Positions 1-8,927 of a stretch of DNA of 64,000 bases are shown piece by piece. The notes beneath the pieces are model-generated. The model was not told where the DNA came from and ran no database searches. It saw only the letters and a list, made by a program, of their open reading frames with translations. Within the stretch, counting starts at the first letter, position 1. Each line of letters begins with the position of its first letter. The position numbers and the translations under genes were made by a program. Origin of the DNA: Candidatus Omnitrophota bacterium (lineage in GTDB: Bacteria > Omnitrophota > Gorgyraeia > Gorgyraeales > Gorgyraeaceae); contig JAHJHC010000090.1 in NCBI GenBank assembly GCA_018824145.1, positions 349 through 64,348 of the forward strand, written 5' to 3'.

Positions 1-89
1 GACTTTGGTAAATCCTTGGCATAAGTCGAATGCAATGAAAAGTGCCTGTCTATACAATAGAAATTCTTGCTCGCCACCCTATAATCCAT
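1..89 (-). CDS. N-terminal fragment of a hypothetical protein running off the window edge
   Basis: ATG at 89 with AAGGGTG just upstream; frame MDYRVASKNFYCIDRHFSLH... stays open to the edge. Confidence 0.3.
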   Translation of the reverse strand, partial: MDYRVASKNFYCIDRHFSLHSTYAKDLPK

Positions 90-162
90 TGCACCCTTAA
101 CTAAAAAAATGATGAAATACAAAAAAACCGTAAGCTTAATAAACCTAAAAACCATATATTAT

Positions 163-531
163 TTAAAGGAGTTGCTTAACAACCTTTGGCATAACGTCTT
201 TTTCAAGATGCTCCAGACTAAAAGGCTTGGTAATATAATCGATGGCGCCGTATTCCTTGGCCAGATCAATCACTACTTCTTCTTTGACTCCTGTCATCAT
301 AATAACCTTGGCATTGCTGCAGATATCTTTTATGCGCCTCAGGACTTCTATACCAGATATGCCGCCCATTTTTATATCCAAAAGTATTATATCCGGCTGT
401 TTTTCTTTTACAATAGCCAATGCATCCTCTCCGTCTTGGGCTGTAAAGACCTCGTATTGCCTCTTCTCAAAAAACAACCTAAGAAAATCACAGGTTGGAA
501 GATCGTCATCCACTATTAATAATTTAACCAT
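163..531 (-). CDS. single-domain response regulator (CheY-like receiver)
   Basis: LLIVDDD, DIILLDIKM phosphoacceptor, YITKPF motif; GGGAGG RBS. Confidence 0.93.
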   Translation of the reverse strand: MVKLLIVDDDLPTCDFLRLFFEKRQYEVFTAQDGEDALAIVKEKQPDIILLDIKMGGISGIEVLRRIKDICSNAKVIMMTGVKEEVVIDLAKEYGAIDYITKPFSLEHLEKDVMPKVVKQLL

Positions 532-552
532 ATAAGGCGTCCTCCCTCCCTT

Positions 553-1314
553 TTAATTTTCACCCAAATGACGTATTGTGCCAATAGAACGTGGAACTAA
601 AATATCCGCTTTACGCACTTCTTCCTTGTCAGAACTACGGTAATTCAAGTCCATTAACTCCAAAAATTCCACTGTATAGTCTCTTAAGACACCCTGGTAT
701 TCGATTATCTTTTCTTCCCGGGGCATTTGCAATATTACTTTCTTGCCTAAATGATTCTCTAATAGCGGCTCAAAAGAGGTATTTAACGCAGAAAATACTC
801 CGGTCTTCATTTGAGAGACATATTTATCCTGGCTGGATAAGACACTGCCCATACCAGACATCTGTTTTGCCCTTCCCATAAATAAATTCACGACCTCCAT
901 AACTGAATCCCTTACTGTGGCAAACAGATTCATTATCTTTCTTTTTGTACTCCTTAAAACTCTCTCATAGTACGCGCTATTTAAATAACGACTGCGTCTT
1001 TCGTTACTCTTATCATCCAACTGGTCGATATACCGCACGATACATTGAATATTAGGATATTCATTTTTATAAATAATAAAACTAGTCTCGATATGATTAT
1101 CCCCTTTATCCAAATAAGGCTCCTTGTATTTAAGCTCAAGACCGGTTGCCTCAAGTCTCAATACCCCCCAGATGACCTTGCCGTCTTTTAACTCTATATT
1201 TATCAAATCATCCACGAAATCCAGGAGACACTTATCACGCAGTCTGCCTTTTATAAAGGCGCCGATCAAAGTCGAGAGTACAATAAATATTATTGTTATT
1301 GTCAATGAATCCAT
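553..1314 (-). CDS. hypothetical membrane-anchored protein, possibly with two Sm/LSm-like beta domains
   Basis: N-terminal TM helix; segments IELKDGKVIWGVL and KVILQMPREEKIIEYQGVLRDY resemble Sm-fold strands. Confidence 0.7.
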   Translation of the reverse strand: MDSLTITIIFIVLSTLIGAFIKGRLRDKCLLDFVDDLINIELKDGKVIWGVLRLEATGLELKYKEPYLDKGDNHIETSFIIYKNEYPNIQCIVRYIDQLDDKSNERRSRYLNSAYYERVLRSTKRKIMNLFATVRDSVMEVVNLFMGRAKQMSGMGSVLSSQDKYVSQMKTGVFSALNTSFEPLLENHLGKKVILQMPREEKIIEYQGVLRDYTVEFLELMDLNYRSSDKEEVRKADILVPRSIGTIRHLGEN

Positions 1315-1402
1315 TTGTCATACCCTGCTTTCAATATAACCCCCCTTAAACCTATGTATATAATATACCTTCATTATTATGCATATACAAGGTCAATTTT
1401 AC

Positions 1403-3145
1403 TTAATTGTAAATATTATATAGCTTATCAAAATGGACTAAAAAAGGGTCTTCCAATTTCTCAAATGTATTCATATATTCCACAAATTCACTTTCTATGG
1501 TCCTCAAATCCTTACCCACGGCATGTGTTAACCACTCCACATCTTCAGACTCCTCAGCAGTCTTCCCGATTAACTTATTCTGATAATCCATAAACTCCTT
1601 CGGGTATTTTTCCATTAAAAATGACGCAAATGCCCAGCTTTGCGCGTATAGATCGAGCATAGCCCTCGGATATACCCCAGGGAAACTGCCGATTTTATAT
1701 GCCATCAGAAATTCCAGGGGATATATCGGGCCTTTCCTCGACATCTCCTGGTACATAAAGAGCCAATTATAATTTTTTGCCCCTATTTCCATGGTTTCAC
1801 AATATGTTGCTATGCCTTCTGCAAGCCATGAATTACTAGCCTTCATGTCAAGCGGGATATCTTCGCCTTTTTGCATCACCAGTGTCCTTAATAGCTTGGC
1901 CTTTTTATTGTAATCTTTTGTCTCAAGAAATTCCTTCTTCTTTTTTACAAGCTCTTCATCAGGGCCTTCAAACCTTGAAAAACCTATACTCTGTAAACCC
2001 CAGTTATGAAAGACCTCGTGAGCAAATTCGTGTCTTAATGTAGATAATGTCGAATCCCTGAACATGCCTTTATAATAAGTATAGGCCTCCCAGAATTTAT
2101 CCTTAATCTTCTTTGCCTGGCCTTCAATAAAGATATGATATCTTTTGTCAACCTGGCCCTCGATCGTATCCACTATCTCGTCAATATCTCTCCCGCTCTC
2201 TCCGACCATGCCTTCGAACAAAATCTCTGAAAACTTATCTCCTAATACATTAAATAGATATAGCACCTTATCCTCCGGACTAAAATAACCCGCAACCATC
2301 CAGCCAGGGACACCGTCTGCTACGGCATACTCCACAAAATCACCATAGTCATCGAATATTACCACAAAATTCTGCAGCCCTGGTCTCCTATCTTTAAAAA
2401 GCGGAAAAAATTCAAGGTAAATATTCGTATAAGTCTCTCTTAAAACCTTTCTGCACTCCCTGACCCACGTAATATATGAATCAGTTATAATAGTAAAATT
2501 CCCGTCTTTATAAAACTCCATCTTCGGAAACAGTTCTTTAAGAGAGCTTTCTATCTCCTGGCTTGGTTTATTATCAACTGGTTTAAAAATAAGATATTCG
2601 ATCTCTGAACGCGCAACATCCTGCTCTATAGATCCTCCGCCTTCTACGGCATAGAGCAAGGTGAGTTTATCTTTAGTGACTCGATTAATCTTTGAGTCCA
2701 AAATAGCCCTATTTTTCATCCTTATCACTATATCATTCTCATAAGGCCAATACTGTGAAATCTCTTCATCTGAAAGAGATACCTTTTCTTTTAAGGCATC
2801 CTTGGCAGAAGTTATACGGTCCACCAGTTCAACATAAACAATAGTCTCCTCACCTTTCCATTTAATATGATACGCGTCTTCTGTCTTGCGTATCATTTTC
2901 CCTACCATTACACTCCCATCCTTAAAATGCACAGCTACCTGGTCATTGTTACCATGTTGCGTTTTATCATTCTTAGCAGAATGAAACGTATTCTGCATCT
3001 TACTTCTGGTGCTTTTACACAAGCCATCTAACTTATCAATAGCAGTAAAATGCCCCCTCAACGGCTCCATGTATTTAGACAAAACAACCCCAGCTGCTAT
3101 AAATATTCCCAGACTTATCAATATAAGTAATAACTTTTTCATCAT
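1403..3145 (-). CDS. exported or membrane-anchored zincin-like protein (peptidase MA / DUF1570-like)
   Basis: N-terminal hydrophobic helix; HEFAH (HExxH), WLAEGIATYCE and YAQSWAF motifs. Confidence 0.75.
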   Translation of the reverse strand: MMKKLLLILISLGIFIAAGVVLSKYMEPLRGHFTAIDKLDGLCKSTRSKMQNTFHSAKNDKTQHGNNDQVAVHFKDGSVMVGKMIRKTEDAYHIKWKGEETIVYVELVDRITSAKDALKEKVSLSDEEISQYWPYENDIVIRMKNRAILDSKINRVTKDKLTLLYAVEGGGSIEQDVARSEIEYLIFKPVDNKPSQEIESSLKELFPKMEFYKDGNFTIITDSYITWVRECRKVLRETYTNIYLEFFPLFKDRRPGLQNFVVIFDDYGDFVEYAVADGVPGWMVAGYFSPEDKVLYLFNVLGDKFSEILFEGMVGESGRDIDEIVDTIEGQVDKRYHIFIEGQAKKIKDKFWEAYTYYKGMFRDSTLSTLRHEFAHEVFHNWGLQSIGFSRFEGPDEELVKKKKEFLETKDYNKKAKLLRTLVMQKGEDIPLDMKASNSWLAEGIATYCETMEIGAKNYNWLFMYQEMSRKGPIYPLEFLMAYKIGSFPGVYPRAMLDLYAQSWAFASFLMEKYPKEFMDYQNKLIGKTAEESEDVEWLTHAVGKDLRTIESEFVEYMNTFEKLEDPFLVHFDKLYNIYN

Positions 3146-3224
3146 TGTTTAAGTATACACGAATATTATAAAAAATCAAAACATAAACAACATAACAACG
3201 TACAACAACATATAAACGTAAAAC

Positions 3225-3251
3225 GTATGTCATATCTAGATATGATGCTAC
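3225..3251 (-). repeat. REP-like palindrome upstream of the RAYT
   Basis: minus strand reads GTAGcatCATATCTAGATATGacatac: GTAG foot plus a 14-bp palindrome. Confidence 0.75.
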
Positions 3252-3360
3252 GCAACCAATTACAATTCAATGTATTGTGTTAATTGCTTATGTTTTTCTA
3301 ACTTTTTATGAAAGAAAAACCCCTATCTCTGTGTCTTATATACTAGGAGGTGAGGAAATC

Positions 3361-3840
3361 ATGAGCAATATTAGACGTTATAAACAAGATGGATATGTGT
3401 ATTTTGTAACAACGAATACTTATTCACGGAGAGAAATATTTAGGGAACAATGGGCATGTGAATTTTTAAGGTCGATTATTGCATATTATAAATTTATATT
3501 TAAATTTAAGTTGTACAGTTACTGTATAATGCCAGAGCATGTTCATATGATAATTCAAACACTTTCTAAACAATATGACATTTCAACTATAATGAAGGAA
3601 ATCAAAGGTACTTTTGGAAGGGAATTTAATATATTAATACGCAAGAAAGGTAATATCTGGCAAAGAAAGTTTTATGATTCCGTTATAAGAAACAATCGAG
3701 ATCTTATCGTAAAAATTAACTATATATTTGAAAACCCCGCAAGAAAAAACATAGTAAAAAATCCGACACAATATGAATTCTCAAGCGCAAGAAGTTATCT
3801 CTTAGGACAAAATGATTATATTACAGATATTTATAATTAA
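3361..3840 (+). mobile_element. REP-associated tyrosine transposase (RAYT, Y1 HUH family)
   Basis: YFVTTNT, MPEHVH (HUH), IWQRKFYDSVIR, YIFENP (catalytic Tyr), YEFSS; AGGAGGTG RBS before ATG 3361; flanked by inverted palindromes. Confidence 0.88.
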
Positions 3841-3876
3841 CCGATTAACAGAACTATATATAGTTATAGATGTTAC

Positions 3877-3903
3877 GTACCAACATATCTAGATATGCCT
3901 TAC
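3877..3903 (+). repeat. REP-like palindrome downstream of the RAYT
   Basis: GTACcaaCATATCTAGATATGccttac; 23/27 identical to the reverse complement of 3225-3251. Confidence 0.75.
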
Positions 3904-3943
3904 TATTTACTATTACTATTTCCAAATGGTGGTTTTCTTCAGT

Positions 3944-6298
3944 CTATTTTAAAATCCCTGAAGCGTCAATTCTCTCTTCTCTACTGTACGGCCGATTGTC
4001 GACACACGGAGGCAAATTATTTCCTTCTTTAAATGCCAATTTGCGTTTGAATTTTATTATCTCTACTATTTCAGGATCAAAGACATGGCGTCTTATCTTA
4101 TTCTCTGCGAAAGAGAGCGGTTCCTGCTTCTGGTCAGCATCACTTTTACTTGCCTCCTGAACTTCCCCGTCATCTATTTCCTTATCGGATTCCTCATTTA
4201 ATTCCTCCTGGTTTTCTGTTGTGTCAGGAGATTTTATATCTTCATTATCAACTTCTTCCTTGTTTGTCTCTTTGACTAGTTCTGGATCAGCATTTTCATC
4301 TTCTTCAGCTTCTTCTTTCCCGCTAGTCTCCTCTACATCTTCATCTTCTTCAACTGTTTCCTCGCTCCGGACAGGCTCAGGTTCAATAAATGTATTGACC
4401 TGGGTTCCAGGTAATTCTGCCTCAGCAACCTCCACAGCCTCCTGTACGTCGATAATCCCGTTACCCAATAATCCCTCATATCCAATCACTGGATCAGCTG
4501 TCTGCATTATAATACTAGTAACCTCAGCAATTGAAAGGTCTGGGTTTACTGAAAGGAGTCGCGCTACTAAACCAGCTACCATAGGAGCAGCCATAGAAGT
4601 CCCGCTTTGTGCAGTATAACTGCCATTGAGATACGTACTGTAAATATTAACTCCAGGCGCACAGATATCTACCCAGGAACCATAAGTAGAAAAGTTTGCC
4701 TTTTGATAATAACTATCTAAGGCAGCCACAGAAATAACATCTTCATACGTGGCTGGGTATACTAAATCTTGAGTATTGTAGTTACCTGCTGCAGCTACAA
4801 CTACTACACCATGCTCAACTGCATACTGTACGGCATCTCTTACTACTTGAGAAGATTCCAGCGAACCAAAACTCATATTCAATACCTGTGCTCCGTTATC
4901 CACGGCATAGATAATGGCCTCAGCTATATCAAAGGTTTCTAAACTCGGTCCTACACCAGCTCGGACAGCCATAATCTCAACATTACCTCCTACAGTAAGA
5001 CTTATGCCTGCTACATGAGTACCGTGGCCATAGGTATCCTCAGGAATATTATCATCGCTAGCAAAATCCCATCCCATATAGTCATCTATGTAACCGTTCC
5101 CGTCATCATCTATCCCATTCCCAGGGATCTCGCCAGTATTAGTCCATAAATAAGGAGAAAGATCCGGATGATCGAGATCTAAACCTGTATCTATAATAGC
5201 AATAACGATATTGTTATTACCCTGCGATAAATTTGATGCATTAATCATATTCAAATAGTTTCCAGGTGTCAATATTGGGTCAATAATAGGTGGCACAATA
5301 GGAACAGGTGGTACTATTGGAACTGGGGGTAATATCGGTGGAGGCGGTGGCAGCGTAGGTGGCAATGTTGGTGGTAACGGTGGTAGTGGCGGCAACACTG
5401 GTGGCAGCGGCGGTAATGCTGGCGGCAATGGCAGCAGCGGCAAAGTCAATTGCGGCGGCAACGGCGGTAATGTCGGTATTGGCGAAGGTAAAAGCGGGAG
5501 AGGAGTCACAGGCGCCGGAGGTGGAATATAATAAGATGGTGGCGGCAATCTAGGGATTGAAGGAATTATAGGTATAGACGGTATAATAGGTAAATAAGGA
5601 TTGAAAAAGACATCCATGTATTCCGGCTCTACAGGATTTTGGTCAAGACTATTGATATTAATAGGGGTCTGATTTAATCTCTCTTTTTTCTCTATCTCTG
5701 GCTCTATTATATTACTTGTTGATAAAACTACTTGAGGGTCTTCCTCTATTGGCTCGTCAGAAGCATTTATAGATTCATTCCTTCTTGCAGTACTATGCAA
5801 TCTAAGAGATAAGCGCCACTTCAATAATGGTTCCCAAATCCATGATGATTCCATCCAGTCTGATATAAAACTTGAACTAATATCCCTTAACCAAATCCAA
5901 TGGCCATCCAAAAAAATCCTTTGGCTTTTCACTTCATTAACAGAATAAATATAATTCGGTTCTGCAAAGACAACTCTCCCGTCCTTTAAGAGAAGCTCCG
6001 CGCCCTCTAATACATCGACTGAAGGAGGAATTTCCACCTTGTAAATAGACATGCGTTCAACTACATGTAATATTTTACAATCTTTACTAGCAATAAATAA
6101 GTCTATCTCTTCTCTTGAAAGGTCTGCACGGAATTTTACAAGCAATTGTCCAGGGACCCACTCAGGGCTTTCATTTACATTATTGGTTATAGATATATTA
6201 TTAGATGCGAAAGAATAATTTACTACTGTTAGGTTAATCATAAAACAAACTAAGATTATTGAGATAGCCCGTGAATAAATTGAATGCTGTTTAAACAT
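3944..6298 (-). CDS. secreted subtilisin-like S8 serine protease with Pro-rich linker and acidic tail
   Basis: signal peptide; propeptide VPGQLLVKF...FAEPNY; triad motifs IIDTG, HGTHVAG, GTSMAAP; Ca-loop NGIDDDGNGYIDD. Confidence 0.92.
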   Translation of the reverse strand: MFKQHSIYSRAISIILVCFMINLTVVNYSFASNNISITNNVNESPEWVPGQLLVKFRADLSREEIDLFIASKDCKILHVVERMSIYKVEIPPSVDVLEGAELLLKDGRVVFAEPNYIYSVNEVKSQRIFLDGHWIWLRDISSSFISDWMESSWIWEPLLKWRLSLRLHSTARRNESINASDEPIEEDPQVVLSTSNIIEPEIEKKERLNQTPININSLDQNPVEPEYMDVFFNPYLPIIPSIPIIPSIPRLPPPSYYIPPPAPVTPLPLLPSPIPTLPPLPPQLTLPLLPLPPALPPLPPVLPPLPPLPPTLPPTLPPPPPILPPVPIVPPVPIVPPIIDPILTPGNYLNMINASNLSQGNNNIVIAIIDTGLDLDHPDLSPYLWTNTGEIPGNGIDDDGNGYIDDYMGWDFASDDNIPEDTYGHGTHVAGISLTVGGNVEIMAVRAGVGPSLETFDIAEAIIYAVDNGAQVLNMSFGSLESSQVVRDAVQYAVEHGVVVVAAAGNYNTQDLVYPATYEDVISVAALDSYYQKANFSTYGSWVDICAPGVNIYSTYLNGSYTAQSGTSMAAPMVAGLVARLLSVNPDLSIAEVTSIIMQTADPVIGYEGLLGNGIIDVQEAVEVAEAELPGTQVNTFIEPEPVRSEETVEEDEDVEETSGKEEAEEDENADPELVKETNKEEVDNEDIKSPDTTENQEELNEESDKEIDDGEVQEASKSDADQKQEPLSFAENKIRRHVFDPEIVEIIKFKRKLAFKEGNNLPPCVDNRPYSREERIDASGILK

Positions 6299-6454
6299 GG
6301 CCTTACCCTCCCATTATTATTACAGCTTCAGAACCAAACTTCAGCAACACTTAAGTAAATATTTTTAAATCTCTATATTAAGTATAACATAAATATATAT
6401 GCTATGCAAGCATTTTTAATTAATCATGTAATGGGTGAATTTAAAGGTGATTTT

Positions 6455-6491
6455 GTTATTCCCGTGGAACTTGTCCCCGCGAAAGCGGGGA
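6455..6491. repeat. REP-like hairpin
   Basis: GTTATTCCCGTGG... followed by a TCCCCGC-GAAA-GCGGGGA stem-loop. Confidence 0.5.
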
Positions 6492-6504
6492 TGGCAGACT
6501 TTCC

Positions 6505-6840
6505 TTAACCGTCTCTTACAATGAGGTAGTATAAAAATATAACTGAAACAACAAAAATAACACCTATTCTCACGAGCAAAGGATCAAAAGTCCCGCCGAC
6601 TCCGGCAATGGCCTTTTCTATAAAACCTTCCAATTTGGTACTAGCTAATAGAATCGCGCCTATTATTAAACAAAAAGAGAACGCCTTTTTGGTCTGCCAA
6701 AACCTTAACAATATGAAAAATAAGATAAGTAGCCCTACCCAGAATAACGGGTTAAGGAAAGAAAATTGAAAATCTCTTAGGTCTTTAAGGTACGGTATGC
6801 AACTAGCTTTTAATGCGTCAAAATCTATATTTAGATTCAT
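6505..6840 (-). CDS. hypothetical membrane protein (about 3 TM helices)
   Basis: hydrophobic helices; ATGA overlap with the GT2 stop. Confidence 0.75.
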   Translation of the reverse strand: MNLNIDFDALKASCIPYLKDLRDFQFSFLNPLFWVGLLILFFILLRFWQTKKAFSFCLIIGAILLASTKLEGFIEKAIAGVGGTFDPLLVRIGVIFVVSVIFLYYLIVRDG

Positions 6841-7670
6841 CTCAACACTCCTTTGTAAACTTCTTCAGGTAATTGAAGGTAATATCTCGCTTCTTCTATT
6901 TTACCATACTTTATACAGCCATTTCCATATATGTTACATTTTTTCTCTAATTCCTGAATAGCGGAATTCATTTGCTCCTCATCAAGTCCGCCGGACTTGA
7001 TGATTTTTAGGATCGAATGTATCCTGAATTTATCCATGCCTTGTCTATAAATAAATGAGGCCTGGTCTATTCTTCCCCCATCTTTTAAAGTGAGCCCCTT
7101 ATCTATAAGGAGAAACGGATACTTATGACTTACCCTCAACCAAAAATCATAATCCTCACAGCACCTAAGGCCTTCGTCAAATAGCCCTACTTCATCAAAA
7201 AGCCCCCTGCGAATCATTACTGTAGACATGCTAACAACGCATAGCGGCAAGCAATTATCAAAAATATATCCGTGGAATTTTCTATGCCTGTGTTTTTGAT
7301 TCAATAGTTTTCCGTTTTTATACCATATTTCTTGAGTATGTGAAACAAGATAAGAAGGGTTCTTTTGCATCCTATCTATCTGCAGCGCTAATTTTTCCCT
7401 GTCCCACCAGTCATCTGAATCAAGAAATGCCACAAATTCTCCGCCAGAGGAGCGTATGCCAAGATTACGCGCTGCTGAAGGCCCTTTATTGGACTGCTTT
7501 ATGTATGTCAAGCGGCCTGTAAAATCAGCCACTAGACGGGCCGTATCATCCCATGAACCGTCGTCAATAACGATTAGCTCAAAGTCCTGGTATGTCTGGC
7601 TGAAGACAGATTCTATTGCCTTTTTTAATAGTCCCGCACGATTAAAGGTTGGGATGATTACGCTGATCAT
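6837..7670 (-). CDS. glycosyltransferase family 2
   Basis: ISVIIPTFNR, IDDGS, FLDSDD and EDYDFWLR motifs. Confidence 0.93.
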   Translation of the reverse strand: MISVIIPTFNRAGLLKKAIESVFSQTYQDFELIVIDDGSWDDTARLVADFTGRLTYIKQSNKGPSAARNLGIRSSGGEFVAFLDSDDWWDREKLALQIDRMQKNPSYLVSHTQEIWYKNGKLLNQKHRHRKFHGYIFDNCLPLCVVSMSTVMIRRGLFDEVGLFDEGLRCCEDYDFWLRVSHKYPFLLIDKGLTLKDGGRIDQASFIYRQGMDKFRIHSILKIIKSGGLDEEQMNSAIQELEKKCNIYGNGCIKYGKIEEARYYLQLPEEVYKGVLR

Positions 7671-7903
7671 TTGTACTTTTCTATAAGTGCGTATACGGTT
7701 TTCCAGGCGCGGCTATTTGATATCCTTTTAGGGATATTTTTTATATAACGGAGAAATCTGTCCCAGTGAAATTCATGTTCGTAAACCGTGTAATCAAAAC
7801 CTCTTCTCACCTCTTCTTTTTTAGGGCTCTCCCACGTGCCACTCTTAAATAAGACAAATAAAAACAAGAAGAACAAAAAGAGTGCGATAAACAGTTTTTT
7901 CAT
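7667..7903 (-). CDS. small hypothetical protein with N-terminal TM/signal segment
   Basis: MKKLFIALFLFFLFLFVLF; ATGA-coupled to its neighbours. Confidence 0.7.
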   Translation of the reverse strand: MKKLFIALFLFFLFLFVLFKSGTWESPKKEEVRRGFDYTVYEHEFHWDRFLRYIKNIPKRISNSRAWKTVYALIEKYK

Positions 7904-8001
7904 ATCTTTTTCCCCTTTTTCAATACGTCTCCATGTATTTTCTTTTTCTCACGCAACAACCTGGATATATTCTTCTGTCTGCGAGTAATTTTCTGCTTCA
8001 T
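7900..8001 (-). CDS. unannotated 33-aa basic peptide (MKQKITRRQKNISRLLREKKKIHGDVLKKGKKI)
   Basis: fills the gap after the pilin gene; GAGG upstream; TGA overlaps the next ATG (ATGA). Confidence 0.5.
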   Translation of the reverse strand: MKQKITRRQKNISRLLREKKKIHGDVLKKGKKI

Positions 8002-8011
8002 CTTTTCCTCA

Positions 8012-8485
8012 TTATTCTATCCTGATATTGCCTGTGCTTCCAAGTATCGAAATGGTCTTGGCATTGCCTTGCCTGTCAGTTATCGTGACTGAGCCTGAAG
8101 CGCCTTCTATTGCACCGGTTGAATAGAATATAACTCTATCATCCTCAAAAGTTATTGGATCGGATTCTTTTTCATCCTGAATTTCAAACTTTATTGAACT
8201 CGGCAAATCGCGTTTCCTTTCAAAAACCTTTCCCTCAGAATCCTCTATCCAATACTGGCTGTTCTCTACATCAAAAACAACAGAATATTTTTTTCTATAT
8301 GTAATGGCATTGCTCTTCGCGACACGTAACGACGCCAGTATGGCCCTGGAAGCAGTCTTTATCCGAAGCCCTTTGCCGAATTGCGAAGTGAACGGCACAG
8401 AAATCCCAAGGAGCATCGCTATAATAGCCAACACCACCAGCATTTCGACGAGGGTAAAACCAGCCCTACCAATTATTGACATCAT
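8012..8485 (-). CDS. prepilin-type protein (GspH/FimT-like minor pseudopilin)
   Basis: AG|FTLVEML class III signal; start reassigned to MMSIIGR. Confidence 0.85.
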   Translation of the reverse strand: MMSIIGRAGFTLVEMLVVLAIIAMLLGISVPFTSQFGKGLRIKTASRAILASLRVAKSNAITYRKKYSVVFDVENSQYWIEDSEGKVFERKRDLPSSIKFEIQDEKESDPITFEDDRVIFYSTGAIEGASGSVTITDRQGNAKTISILGSTGNIRIE

Positions 8486-8900
8486 CTTTTTCACTTCCGT
8501 CGCCTTTCCCGTTAGGGCCCAATGAATACAAGTCATAAAAATATTCGTTATGCATTCCCGGATTTACGTAAACAAAGGCATTACCCCACGCGTCAACATA
8601 CTCACCATTCTCATTAAGTTCTTTTTCTTTAATATTCATATAAGGCCCGTTCCAATCAAGGTCACCTGGATCATTCTTTAATGCACTGACCAGATTCTTA
8701 CTGCCAGACTGTGGGAATACACCCAAATCTGATTCATACATACTTATTGCTGTTTCAATCGTAGCTAGCTGGGCCTTTGTTTTTGTAACCGCACCCCGTT
8801 TCCTTGCCTGCTGGGCACCGCTCACTACCATCCCTGCTAATATCGTGATAATAGCAATGACGACTAAGAGTTCAATGAGTGTGAAACCGTTTTTCTTCAT
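8466..8900 (-). CDS. gspG: type II secretion major pseudopilin GspG-like protein
   Basis: G|FTLIEL; WNGPY, DAWGNAFVY, YDLYSLGPNG, DDVNNW. Confidence 0.88.
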   Translation of the reverse strand: MKKNGFTLIELLVVIAIITILAGMVVSGAQQARKRGAVTKTKAQLATIETAISMYESDLGVFPQSGSKNLVSALKNDPGDLDWNGPYMNIKEKELNENGEYVDAWGNAFVYVNPGMHNEYFYDLYSLGPNGKGDGSEKDDVNNW

Positions 8901-8927
8901 GTATACACCTCGTTTTAGCTTAAGCTA

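Noticed and set aside
3277-3360. Longer N-terminus for the RAYT, and an IS200/IS605 assignment
   Set aside because: A strong RBS precedes ATG 3361; there is no tnpB, and the WQ..FYD/NP/SS motifs plus inverted REP-like flanks fit a RAYT better
5359-5553. Ala/Val-rich plus-strand ORF and GGC/GGT repeats
   Set aside because: This is the reverse complement of the S8 protease's poly-Pro codons, not a separate gene or a CRISPR array
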